Positions 30,932-39,935 of a stretch of DNA of 64,000 bases are shown piece after piece (position 1 is the first letter of the stretch; each line of letters opens with the position of its first letter). The DNA is from Candidatus Sumerlaeaceae bacterium (GTDB taxonomy: Bacteria; Sumerlaeota; Sumerlaeia; Sumerlaeales; Sumerlaeaceae). Both the position numbers and the translations under genes were made by a program. The stretch covers positions 1-64,000 of the forward strand of contig JBPCLP010000009.1 of the NCBI GenBank assembly GCA_051003195.1, read 5' to 3'. Under the pieces are notes generated by a model that had not been told where the DNA came from, did not search any database, and saw only the letters and a program-made list of their open reading frames with translations.

Positions 30932-33900
30932 ATGTCCTTAATCGTGTCGCATCCTGTCCTGTCAGTTGCCGCCGCCACATCAGAGGCAGATGCTTCGACA
31001 CGAAATGTGAATACCGAGCGCCTTGCCACGGAGCTACGCCTGGCGATCGAGGGCGAGGTGCGGTTTGACGCCGAGGCTAAGTCGCTCTATGCACAGGACG
31101 CCTCCAACTACCGTCAGACTCCGATAGGCGTTGTCATCCCGCGCACCACTGATGATGTGATTAAAACGGTGCAGATCTGCCGAAAGCACAACGCGCCATT
31201 GATGGGACGCGGCGCGGGCACTTCCCTGGCAGGCCAGTGCTGTAACGTCGCAGTAGTGATCGATTTTTCCAAGTATCTGAACAAGGTGATCGAGTTTAAC
31301 GCGGAGGAGCGCTATGCCTGGGTACAGCCGGGCATCATCCTGGACGACCTGCGCGCACTGGCAGAGACAAAGCACCTGACGTTTGGCCCAGACCCGGCGA
31401 CTCACGACCGCTGCACAATGGGCGGGATGATCGGCAACAATTCATGCGGTGTGCATTCGGTCATGGCCGGGCGAACGGTCGATAATATCGAGGCCCTGGA
31501 TATCCTGTTGTACGATGGAACGCGGATGACGGTCGGGCAGACGACCGAGGAAGAGCTGGCGCAAATTATATCCGAAGGCGGACGCCGGGGCGAACTATAC
31601 GCACAATTGAAAGCGCTTCGCGATCGGTACGCGCACGAGATCCGCACGCGCTTTCCGGTTCTGCCGCGCCGCGTATCGGGTTTCAATCTTGAGGAACTCC
31701 TGGACGAGAACGGGTTTCATGTCGCGCGTGCGCTGGTTGGAACGGAGGGGACGTGCGTGACGATTCTCGCTGCCAAAGTGAAGCTGGTACACAGCCCGGC
31801 AGTGCGCGCGCTGCTGGTGCTCGGCTATACCAGTGTATACTTCGCAGCCGACCACGTGAAAGAGATTTTGAAACATAAGCCCGTGGGTCTTGAGGGCATG
31901 GACGACTACCTGCTCAACTTTCTGCGCCGCAAGCAGGAGGAACGCGCGAAAGGGATGCACGTAAGGCCAAGCAGCGACGAGCAAAAAGGCCGGCAAGATG
32001 CCGGCGCTCCCAGGTCAAAAGACGCAGGTGACATCCTGCCGCCCGGCAATGGCTGGCTGCTGGTGGAGTTCGGCGGCGAATCCATCGAAGAAGCCCAGGC
32101 CAAGTGCCATAACCTTATGATGGAGCTGGGCTCAGATCCCAAAGCGCCATCGATGAAACTGATGACGGATCCGCAGGAAGAGAAGATGGTGTGGGAGGTG
32201 CGTAAATCGGGCCTTGGCGCAACCGCGTTTCTGCCGGGCAACAAAAACACATGGCCCGGCTGGGAAGACGCCGCCGTCCCGCCTGTGCACCTGGGTGAGT
32301 ACCTTCGCGAATTCGATACTCTTCGCAAAAAGTACCAGTACGAGTGCGCCATGTACGGCCATTTTGGCGACGGCTGTATTCATATGCGCATCGACTTCGA
32401 CCTGACCACACGCGAGGGCATCGACAAGTATCTGCGTTTCATGGAGGATGCCGCTGATCTCGTCGTGAAGTACAAGGGCGCTCTGTCCGGCGAGCACGGT
32501 GACGGTCAAACGCGTGCGCACCTGTTGCCGAAAATGTTCGGAGACGAACTGGTGCACGCGTTTCGACTCTTTAAAGGGATCTGGGACCCGACCAACCGGA
32601 TGAATCCGGGCAAGGTGGTGGATCCCTATCCGCCCGACAGCAACCTGCGGCTCGGTGTGGGATACAAATCGTGGCGCGGCGACACCGTTTTCAGTTACGC
32701 GGAGAGCGACCACAGCTTTGGCCGGGCGTTGCTGCGGTGCGTCGGTGTGGGCAAATGCAGACGCGTTGAAGGTGGGACGATGTGCCCGAGCTTTATGGTT
32801 ACTCGCGAGGAAAAACATTCGACGCGCGGTCGCGCACACCTTCTCGCGGACATGCTGACCGGGGATATCATCCAGGATGGATGGAAAAGCGAAGAGGTGA
32901 AGGAGAGCCTGGATTTGTGCCTCGCGTGCAAAGGCTGCAAGGCCGACTGCCCGGTCAACGTCGACATGGCGACCTACAAAGCCGAGTTTCTGTACAGGTA
33001 CTACCAGGGGAGACTGCGCCCGATGGGCAGCTATGCAATGGGACTCATCTACTGGTGGGCGCGGCTGTCGAGTATCGCGCCGGGTCTGGTCAATTTCTTC
33101 ACGCAAAACCCGACGATCAGCAAGTTGATGAAGGCCACGACCGGCATCGCACAGCAGCGGCCGATGCCGAAATTTGCGCGAGTGCACTTTAAGAAGTGGT
33201 ACGCGCGAAACAGAAACAAAGGTATTCCGCATTCCGCACTCCGCACTCCGAATTCAATACGGCGTGTCATCCTGTGGTCCGACACGTTTAACAATTACTT
33301 CACCCCGGAGACGTCGCGTGCGGCACTGGAAGTGCTGGAGGCGGCGGGGTTCGAAGTCATCGTGCCGAAGCAGGCGCTGTGCTGTGGACGCCCTCTGTAC
33401 GACCACGGCTTCCTCGGCCTCGCGAAGCGGCTGCTGCGCGAAATCATGACCACGTTGCAGGCTGAAATCGAATCCGGAATTCCGATCGTGGGACTCGAGC
33501 CCAGTTGCGTCGCGGTGTTCCGCGACGAAATCGTCAACCTGTTCGAACACGAGCCACTGGCGCACCAGCTTTCTCAGCAGACGTTCACCCTGGCGGAGTT
33601 CCTGGAAAAGTACGCGCCGGACTGGCAGCCGCCAAAACTTGAAGGGCGTGCGGTACTCCACAGCCATTGCCACCAGAAGAGCGTGCTGACGACAGGAGCG
33701 GACATCACGCTATTGAAGAAGCTGGGGCTGACGGTTGAGACCCCCGACACCGGGTGTTGCGGCATGGCTGGCGCATTCGGGTTTGATGCGCACAACTACG
33801 ACATCTCGGTGGCCATCGGCGAGCGTGTGCTGCTGCCAGCCGCTCGCGAGGCGGCCGCTGATACACTTATTATCACAGACGGGTTCAGTTGTCGGGAACA

Positions 33901-33994
33901 GGTTGAGCAACTTACCGACCGCAAACCGCTGCACCTCGCGCAGGTGCTGCAACTCGCGATTGCGCAGAAAGATAACACTGCAGGGCCTGATTGA
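30932..33994 (+). CDS. FAD-binding and Fe-S-binding oxidoreductase (GlcD/GlcF-like fusion)
   Basis: RGAGTSLAGQ, GEHGDG, CVGVGKC, CLACKGCKADCP and CCG domains. Confidence 0.92.
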   Translation: MSLIVSHPVLSVAAATSEADASTRNVNTERLATELRLAIEGEVRFDAEAKSLYAQDASNYRQTPIGVVIPRTTDDVIKTVQICRKHNAPLMGRGAGTSLAGQCCNVAVVIDFSKYLNKVIEFNAEERYAWVQPGIILDDLRALAETKHLTFGPDPATHDRCTMGGMIGNNSCGVHSVMAGRTVDNIEALDILLYDGTRMTVGQTTEEELAQIISEGGRRGELYAQLKALRDRYAHEIRTRFPVLPRRVSGFNLEELLDENGFHVARALVGTEGTCVTILAAKVKLVHSPAVRALLVLGYTSVYFAADHVKEILKHKPVGLEGMDDYLLNFLRRKQEERAKGMHVRPSSDEQKGRQDAGAPRSKDAGDILPPGNGWLLVEFGGESIEEAQAKCHNLMMELGSDPKAPSMKLMTDPQEEKMVWEVRKSGLGATAFLPGNKNTWPGWEDAAVPPVHLGEYLREFDTLRKKYQYECAMYGHFGDGCIHMRIDFDLTTREGIDKYLRFMEDAADLVVKYKGALSGEHGDGQTRAHLLPKMFGDELVHAFRLFKGIWDPTNRMNPGKVVDPYPPDSNLRLGVGYKSWRGDTVFSYAESDHSFGRALLRCVGVGKCRRVEGGTMCPSFMVTREEKHSTRGRAHLLADMLTGDIIQDGWKSEEVKESLDLCLACKGCKADCPVNVDMATYKAEFLYRYYQGRLRPMGSYAMGLIYWWARLSSIAPGLVNFFTQNPTISKLMKATTGIAQQRPMPKFARVHFKKWYARNRNKGIPHSALRTPNSIRRVILWSDTFNNYFTPETSRAALEVLEAAGFEVIVPKQALCCGRPLYDHGFLGLAKRLLREIMTTLQAEIESGIPIVGLEPSCVAVFRDEIVNLFEHEPLAHQLSQQTFTLAEFLEKYAPDWQPPKLEGRAVLHSHCHQKSVLTTGADITLLKKLGLTVETPDTGCCGMAGAFGFDAHNYDISVAIGERVLLPAAREAAADTLIITDGFSCREQVEQLTDRKPLHLAQVLQLAIAQKDNTAGPD
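31989..32014. repeat. REP-like palindrome inside coding sequence
   Basis: GCCGGC-AAGAT-GCCGGC-GCTCCCAGG, read in frame as GRQDAGAPR. Confidence 0.6.
33224..33255. repeat. heptamer tandem repeat inside coding sequence
   Basis: ATTCCGC ATTCCGC ACTCCGC ACTCCGA ATTC, read in frame as IPHSALRTPNS. Confidence 0.65.
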
Positions 33995-34037
33995 GCGAAC
34001 CCAGGACGGCGTTCCAGCTTATTGAGTCGGGGGAGTG

Positions 34038-34625
34038 TTAGTGCAACTTGACTGTCTGGCGTAGATTGATTGCGCTAGTGTTTAGCGAACCTGATAGGTA
34101 CCTATAACTATCCAACTGATCTGCGACATAGATGAGCCATAAGGGGGCATCAAAAGAGCGCAGTTGCACTTTACCCGTTATTTCAGCTCGCGTACCATTT
34201 ATTATGAGAGACTGAGATGTCAGCGGACCTAAATACCAAGTGTACCGGTGTTTGCGCGGGAATGAAAGTGAGGCTCTCACGTAGCCCTTCCAGTTGTCTT
34301 CGCAACCTCTGGCATGGCCCCACGGCCAGCTTATAGAAGTTGTAGCACCGTCAGAACTCGAAACCTGTACCGTCGTGAAGTCCGCGTCGATGTTATAATT
34401 TGGATTAAAACAACTGACTTGCACGTGGAGTGGGAGCCTGCCCATCGCGTCCAGTTCGCCGATCTCCGCCTTTAAAGATGCCGGGGGGCAAAGTGCTGGA
34501 AGGACCAGCACGTATAAGAGTAAGATTATGAAAATGCCTGCGCCGACGATGCCCCAAATCGGGCGGCGCCGCTTACGATCATTATTGTTCTCATCGGGTT
34601 TGCCAGATGGTGATGCCGCGCTCAT
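34038..34625 (-). CDS. hypothetical membrane-anchored protein
   Basis: ORF with a single N-terminal TM helix after a basic stretch; visibly more AT-rich than flanks. Confidence 0.6.
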   Translation of the reverse strand: MSAASPSGKPDENNNDRKRRRPIWGIVGAGIFIILLLYVLVLPALCPPASLKAEIGELDAMGRLPLHVQVSCFNPNYNIDADFTTVQVSSSDGATTSISWPWGHARGCEDNWKGYVRASLSFPRKHRYTWYLGPLTSQSLIINGTRAEITGKVQLRSFDAPLWLIYVADQLDSYRYLSGSLNTSAINLRQTVKLH

Positions 34626-34634
34626 CGGTAATCT

Positions 34635-34889
34635 TTAACGATAAATGTCACGCCGATGGCCAATCGCGACGACGAGCACCTCAAGTTGCTGGTCAACGAT
34701 TTCGTAAATCACCCGGTAGTTACCTACTCTAATTCGCCAGGCTGGTCGGCCGGAGAGCTTAACTGCGCCCGGCGGGCGTGGATCATCAGCTAAAGCCCGT
34801 ATTGCATCGATGATTTTACTTCTGTCACTATCTGGGAGTGCTGCGAGTGACTTCTGCGCAGCACGCAGTATTTGGACAGTGTACTTCAC
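34635..34889 (-). CDS. type II toxin, RelE/ParE family
   Basis: LADDPRPPGAVKLSG, WRIRVGNYRVIYEI and IGHRRDIY motifs. Confidence 0.92.
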   Translation of the reverse strand: MKYTVQILRAAQKSLAALPDSDRSKIIDAIRALADDPRPPGAVKLSGRPAWRIRVGNYRVIYEIVDQQLEVLVVAIGHRRDIYR

Positions 34890-34900
34890 ATGGAGGGATT

Positions 34901-35089
34901 CTACTTTAATTCCTGAAGCGCCTGCTCAAAAGGAAGTGCCTCTCCACGTTCCTGGACGGCGGCGTCATATAGTCGGATATCTTCCAGTTCGTCGAGCGCC
35001 TCAACTACAGACTCCCACTCGGCCAGCGGTAAAATTACGGCTTTGCGGTTCTGGTTCTCGTCTACCACATATTCTGGATGCAGCGTCAT
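34901..35089 (-). CDS. probable antitoxin of the RelE/ParE-type toxin
   Basis: Small acidic ORF (YVVDENQNRKAVILP...LEDI) directly upstream of the toxin. Confidence 0.75.
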   Translation of the reverse strand: MTLHPEYVVDENQNRKAVILPLAEWESVVEALDELEDIRLYDAAVQERGEALPFEQALQELK

Positions 35090-35480
35090 CGGCGAATCCT
35101 CCGATCGGAAGATACGGAGGAAGTGCGTATGCATTCAGGTACGCTGCGGCCACCTACTACCTGACCGCTATAGCCTGCATTTTAAGAGGCTGTACTGCTC
35201 TCGGATTGCGTGGTGTGGTTGCGAAGCTTTCACTGCTTCCCTGTTGTTCATAAAGCACCACTTCTGTGGCGCTTGCGCGTTACTCAACCCGTGTTAAAAT
35301 TCCTAATTGACACACTTACAGTGCCTCCCGGACGTTCACGCGTTGGCTGCTGTTCGATGCAATCAAACCAGCGCATGCGCGGAAATAATTTCGCGCAACC
35401 AGCGTGCAGCCGGTGGGCGAAAATAAAATAAAACGGACAGCGCAAAACGCGCTGGTCCGGAATGCAGAAGGAGTACGTAA

Positions 35481-38400
35481 ATGGCGAAGAAGTATGTTTA
35501 CTTCTTTGGTGGGGGCAGCAGCGAAGGCACTGGCAGCCAGAAAGAACTACTGGGCGGCAAAGGCGCGAATCTTTGCGAGATGGCGCGCATGGGAATCCCG
35601 GTCCCATCGGGGTTTGTTATTTCCACGGAGGTCTGCACCGACTATTATGCGAACGGGCGCAAACTGCCCGCAACGCTCGAGAAGGAAGTGCGCGACCACA
35701 TGGGACGCACCGAGAAGGTAATGGGTGGCAAGTTCGGCGACGCGAAGAATCCGCTGCTGGTATCGGTTCGCTCCGGTGCGCGTATCTCGATGCCGGGCAT
35801 GATGGAGACGGTTTTGAACCTCGGCCTGAACGAACGCACACTGCAGGGGATTATTGCGAAAACGAACAACCCGCGTTTTGCGTGGGACCTGTATCGGCGT
35901 TTCGTGCAGATGTATGCGGCGGTCGTCATGGAAATCGATAACGAGCATTTTAATCGCCGCATGGACACCATGAAGCACGACAAGGGGATCAAGCTCGATA
36001 CGGAGCTAACCGCAGAAGATCTGCAAGAGCTGACCTCACGCTATAAGGAAATCTACAAGGAGCAGGTAGGATCCAACTTTCCGGATGAGCCGTGGCAGCA
36101 ACTCTACGGTGCGATTGGTGCGGTGTTCAACAGCTGGATGAAAAAGAAAGCACGCGATTACCGCCGTATCTATAATGTGCCGGAATGGTGGGGAACGGCG
36201 GTCAACGTGCAATCGATGGTGTATGGCAACATGGGCGACGACTGCGCCACGGGCGTGGCATTTACCCGCAGCCCAGCCAATGGCGATAACCACTTCTACG
36301 GCGAGTATCTGAAAAACGCGCAGGGTGAGGACGTCGTTGCCGGTATCCGCACTCCGCAGCCGATCAACGAAGCGAGCCGTAATCCCGGCGACACGGGCAG
36401 TTCAACTCTCGAGCAGGAAATGCCAAAGGCGTATGCTGAACTGGTCGGCATTTACAAGCGGCTGGAGAAGCACTATAAAGACATGCAGGACATTGAGTTC
36501 ACGATCCAGAATGACAAGCTGTGGATGCTGCAGACGCGAAACGGCAAACGGACCGCACCGGCCGCAGTCAAAATCGCGGTCGACCTGGTGCACGAAAAGC
36601 TTATCGATAAACGCACGGCGGTGATGCGCGTTGATCCAGATCAGCTCGACGAACTGCTGCACCCCATGTTCGACCCGACGGCCAAGAAGACGAAGATCGC
36701 GAAGGGAATTGCCGCCAGTCCCGGCGCTGCGGTTGGAAAGGCGGTCTTCACGGCGGAAGACGCGGAAGCTGCCAAGGCACGCGGCGAGAAGGTGATCCTT
36801 GTGCGCCTGGAAACGAGCCCGGAAGACGTCGCCGGCATGCACGCAGCGCAGGGCATCCTGACGGCTCGCGGGGGCAAAACAAGCCACGCAGCCGTGGTTG
36901 CGCGCGGTATGGGCAAAAGCTGTGTGTGTGGTGCGGGCGACATCCACATAGACGAACATGGCAAGAGCTTCTCGGTTACCAAGGGAGACGGCCGGCTCAC
37001 GATTAACGAGGGCGACTACCTCTCCATCGACGGCACCAAGGGTGAAGTGTATCCGGGGCAGGTAACGCTTATGGATTCCGAGATACTGCAGGTGCTCAAG
37101 GGAGACCTTACCCAAGCAGAATCAGCGATCTACCGATACTATGAAGAGTTCATGACATGGGCGGACCAGGCTCGTCGGCTGCGTGTTCGCACAAACGCGG
37201 ACACTCCGGAAGACAGCCGCGTGGCACGCCAGTTCGGCGCGGAGGGCATTGGGCTGTGTCGTACCGAGCACATGTTCTTCGAAACCGAGCGCATCCTGCA
37301 CATCCGCCAGATGATCGTTTCCGATACGCAGGAGCAGCGGAAAACGGCCTTATCCAAACTGATTAAGTACCAGCGCGAGGACTTCATCGGCATATTCCGG
37401 GAGATGGCTGGACTGCCGGTTACCATCCGATTGCTGGACCCACCGCTGCATGAATTTCTGCCGCACGGCGAGATTGGGATTCGCGATCTCGCGAAAGATC
37501 TGAAGGTCGATGTCGAATTGCTGCATCGTAAAGTTACACAGTTGCACGAACTGAACCCGATGCTTGGTCACCGCGGATGCCGTCTTGGAATAGTGTTCCC
37601 CGAGATAACCGAAATGCAATCGCGCGCAATTTTTGAAGCGGCTGCGCAGTTGAAAAAAGAGGGCGTCAACGTGGTGCCGGAAGTTATGGTTCCGCTGGTG
37701 GGTACAACCGAAGAATTGCGAAATCAGCGTGCAGTTATCGATGGTGTCGCGCGCGAAGTGATGCAGGAGCAGGGAGTAAAGTTCAAGTACCTGGTCGGGA
37801 CGATGATTGAGGTGCCCCGCGCCGCGCTTGTGGCGGGCGACATTGCAACCGAAGCAGATTTCTTCAGCTTCGGCACGAACGACCTGACGCAGATGACGTT
37901 CGGTTACTCACGCGATGACGCAGGAAAATTTCTTCCGTTCTACGTGGAAAACCGCGTCCTGCCTGGAGATCCGTTCCAGTCGCTGGATACAGAAGGCGTG
38001 GGAAAATTGATGGAGATTGCTGTCGAGTCGGGACGTAAAACACGTGACGGACTCAAGTGCGGCATCTGCGGAGAGCACGGAGGCGATCCAAAATCAGTTC
38101 GCTTCTGTCATCAAGTAAAGCTGGACTACGTCTCCTGCAGTCCATACCGAGTTCCTATTGCAAGGCTTGCTGCCGCGCAAGCAAGTGTAGCAGAGGTTAG
38201 TAGTGGAGGTAAAGCCGTGGCGACCGTTAAGGAAGCCGCGAGCAAATTTAAGGAGGTAGTCGTGAAGAAAATCACGGTGAAGAAGCTCGTTACCGCTGCT
38301 AAGAAGGCTGTCGCCCCGAAGAAGAAGGCGTCTTCGTCCGCGAAGAAGTCTTCATCCGCCAAGAAGGCAGCCCCTAAGAAGAAGGCTGCAGCAAAGAAAC

Positions 38401-38519
38401 CAGCGAAGAAGGCCGCCGCAAAGAAACCGGCAGCAAAGAAAGCTGCAGCAAAAAAACCCGCCGCTAAGAAGTCGGCAGCGAAAAAACCTGCAGCCAAGAA
38501 GGCTGCCAAGAAGAAGTAA
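35481..38519 (+). CDS. ppdK: pyruvate, phosphate dikinase with C-terminal Lys/Ala-rich histone-H1-like tail
   Basis: LLGGKGANL, SVRSGA, GGKTSHAAVVARG phospho-His, GIGLCRTEHM, SFGTNDLTQ and GICGEHGG motifs. Confidence 0.97.
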   Translation: MAKKYVYFFGGGSSEGTGSQKELLGGKGANLCEMARMGIPVPSGFVISTEVCTDYYANGRKLPATLEKEVRDHMGRTEKVMGGKFGDAKNPLLVSVRSGARISMPGMMETVLNLGLNERTLQGIIAKTNNPRFAWDLYRRFVQMYAAVVMEIDNEHFNRRMDTMKHDKGIKLDTELTAEDLQELTSRYKEIYKEQVGSNFPDEPWQQLYGAIGAVFNSWMKKKARDYRRIYNVPEWWGTAVNVQSMVYGNMGDDCATGVAFTRSPANGDNHFYGEYLKNAQGEDVVAGIRTPQPINEASRNPGDTGSSTLEQEMPKAYAELVGIYKRLEKHYKDMQDIEFTIQNDKLWMLQTRNGKRTAPAAVKIAVDLVHEKLIDKRTAVMRVDPDQLDELLHPMFDPTAKKTKIAKGIAASPGAAVGKAVFTAEDAEAAKARGEKVILVRLETSPEDVAGMHAAQGILTARGGKTSHAAVVARGMGKSCVCGAGDIHIDEHGKSFSVTKGDGRLTINEGDYLSIDGTKGEVYPGQVTLMDSEILQVLKGDLTQAESAIYRYYEEFMTWADQARRLRVRTNADTPEDSRVARQFGAEGIGLCRTEHMFFETERILHIRQMIVSDTQEQRKTALSKLIKYQREDFIGIFREMAGLPVTIRLLDPPLHEFLPHGEIGIRDLAKDLKVDVELLHRKVTQLHELNPMLGHRGCRLGIVFPEITEMQSRAIFEAAAQLKKEGVNVVPEVMVPLVGTTEELRNQRAVIDGVAREVMQEQGVKFKYLVGTMIEVPRAALVAGDIATEADFFSFGTNDLTQMTFGYSRDDAGKFLPFYVENRVLPGDPFQSLDTEGVGKLMEIAVESGRKTRDGLKCGICGEHGGDPKSVRFCHQVKLDYVSCSPYRVPIARLAAAQASVAEVSSGGKAVATVKEAASKFKEVVVKKITVKKLVTAAKKAVAPKKKASSSAKKSSSAKKAAPKKKAAAKKPAKKAAAKKPAAKKAAAKKPAAKKSAAKKPAAKKAAKKK

Positions 38520-38569
38520 ATCTTCCGGGCGGGGCACGGCCCGCTCGCTGTAATCAGGAAGAGAATCGA

Positions 38570-38605
38570 CGCCCCGGGGTTCGTCCCCGGGGCGGTTTCT
38601 TTTTT
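38570..38605 (+). terminator. rho-independent terminator of ppdK
   Basis: CGCCCCGGGG-TTCGT-CCCCGGGGCG followed by TTTCTTTTTT. Confidence 0.85.
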
Positions 38606-38661
38606 AGTGGGGCCGGCAGGGGGCATTCAGGACCGGGCTTGCAAAAGCCCATCCTATTCGA

Positions 38662-38946
38662 AAGACTTAAGGATGAAGAGAAGAGCGAGGAGCGAAGGCC
38701 GAAGAGCGAAATCAAGCTGGCTAGCTGCTACTCCGGCCCGCCGAAGAGCGAAATCGGATGGCTGCTACTCCGGCTTCAGTTCGGGATTCTATTTGTAAGA
38801 CTTAAGGATGAAGAGAAGGGCGAGGAGCGAAGGCCGAAGAGCGAAATCAAATGGGATAGATGCTACTCCGGCCTCAGTTCGGGATTCTATTTTTAAGACT
38901 TAAGGATGAAGAGAAGAGCGAGGAGCGAAGGCCGAAGAGCGAAATC
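38662..38946. repeat. three tandem copies of a 52-bp heptamer-containing repeat, interleaved with copies of the four-helix-bundle gene 3' end
   Basis: AAGACTTAAGGATGAAGAGAAGAGCGAGGAGCGAAGGCCGAAGAGCGAAATC at 38662, 38797 (1 mismatch) and 38895; fourth copy at 39567. Confidence 0.9.
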
Positions 38947-38960
38947 GGATGGGATAAATG

Positions 38961-39449
38961 CTACTCCGGGCGCAGTTCAAAAAAGACTTTGAGGTTTTCA
39001 TCGTAGTCCGGCTCTCCGTAGTGTGCGTCCGCTTCGCGGATGTGCTGTGCTTTGTCAGGTGAGCGTTTTGTCGGCTGCACCTTCTTATAAATTGCGGTGA
39101 GTATCGCGACCAACTCGTTACTCTCAATGACCAGTGGGCGCAGTCGCATTTCTGCAACAAGTCCGGTTGCGATCAAAAGGCGCAACCAGTAGAGCGTTTC
39201 CCGAGCTTCCTTACGGGCGATACCAATCTTTGCGGCGAAATCAGCCTGGCTCTGGCTTCCATAGGCCTCTTCTACATTTGCTCCGATCGAGGTGGCAGAT
39301 CGAAGCATTTGCTTAACCAGGGGCTGCGCAAGCCGCCCCGCTTGTTCCAACTCTATGCAAAGCTTAACGATGGTCACGGCAAAGTCAAATGTCCGATCGC
39401 GAATCGGTGGCGGCCCTGTTTTTTTCTGAACTTCGTATGGTTTTGTCAT
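38961..39449 (-). CDS. four helix bundle protein (23S rRNA intervening-sequence protein / bAvd-like family)
   Basis: RTFDFAV, QMLRSATSIGANVEEA, SQADFAAKIGIARKEARETLYWL and ELVAIL motifs. Confidence 0.92.
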   Translation of the reverse strand: MTKPYEVQKKTGPPPIRDRTFDFAVTIVKLCIELEQAGRLAQPLVKQMLRSATSIGANVEEAYGSQSQADFAAKIGIARKEARETLYWLRLLIATGLVAEMRLRPLVIESNELVAILTAIYKKVQPTKRSPDKAQHIREADAHYGEPDYDENLKVFFELRPE

Positions 39450-39538
39450 TTCGCCCTTCTGTGCGAATACATTTCGCTCTTCGGCCTTCGGCCTTCACTT
39501 TCAATTTGAAACTTTATGATTCGAACTCGTACGATCAC

Positions 39539-39877
39539 GGGGCTTGCAAAAACCCCTCCTATTCGAAAGACTTAAGGATGAAGAGAAGAGCGAGGAGCGA
39601 AGGCCGAAGAGCGAAATCGGATAGCTCCTACTCCTGCCGGGCGATACCATCTTTGCGGCGAAATCAGCCTGGCTCTGGCTTCCATAGGCCTTTTCTACAT
39701 TTGCCCCGATCGAGGTGGCAGACCAGAAGCATTTGCTGAACCAGGGTCTGCGCAAGCCGCCCCGCTTTCGTTCTTCTGTGCGAATGCATTTCGCTCTTCG
39801 GACTTCGCTCTTCGGCCTTCGGACTCGCTCTTCGGCCTTCGCTCTTCACTTTCAATTCCATACTTTAAGCTTCGAAC
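39539..39877 (-). pseudogene. internally deleted tandem copy of the four-helix-bundle cassette
   Basis: Same left end and 52-bp repeat; about 130 bp (39638-39766) nearly identical to 39214-39343 but with indels; same right end with extra heptamers. Confidence 0.8.
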
Positions 39878-39935
39878 CAGTGTGGTCTATCGTTAGTTCG
39901 TGACAAGCGGCAGGCCGCGAAAGCTGATTGCCTGC

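Noticed and set aside
34020..34640. Integron cassette array around the TA pair
   Set aside because: No convincing paired RYYYAAC/GTTRRRY attC structure and no integron integrase.
38662..39618. CRISPR array
   Set aside because: The intervening sequences are related to each other and to the adjacent gene end rather than being unique spacers. Spacing is irregular and there are no cas genes in the window.
39214..39766. DGR template/variable repeat pair next to an Avd-like gene
   Set aside because: Differences are not confined to adenines of one copy and include indels. The repeat covers the conserved core of the gene, and no reverse transcriptase is present in the window.
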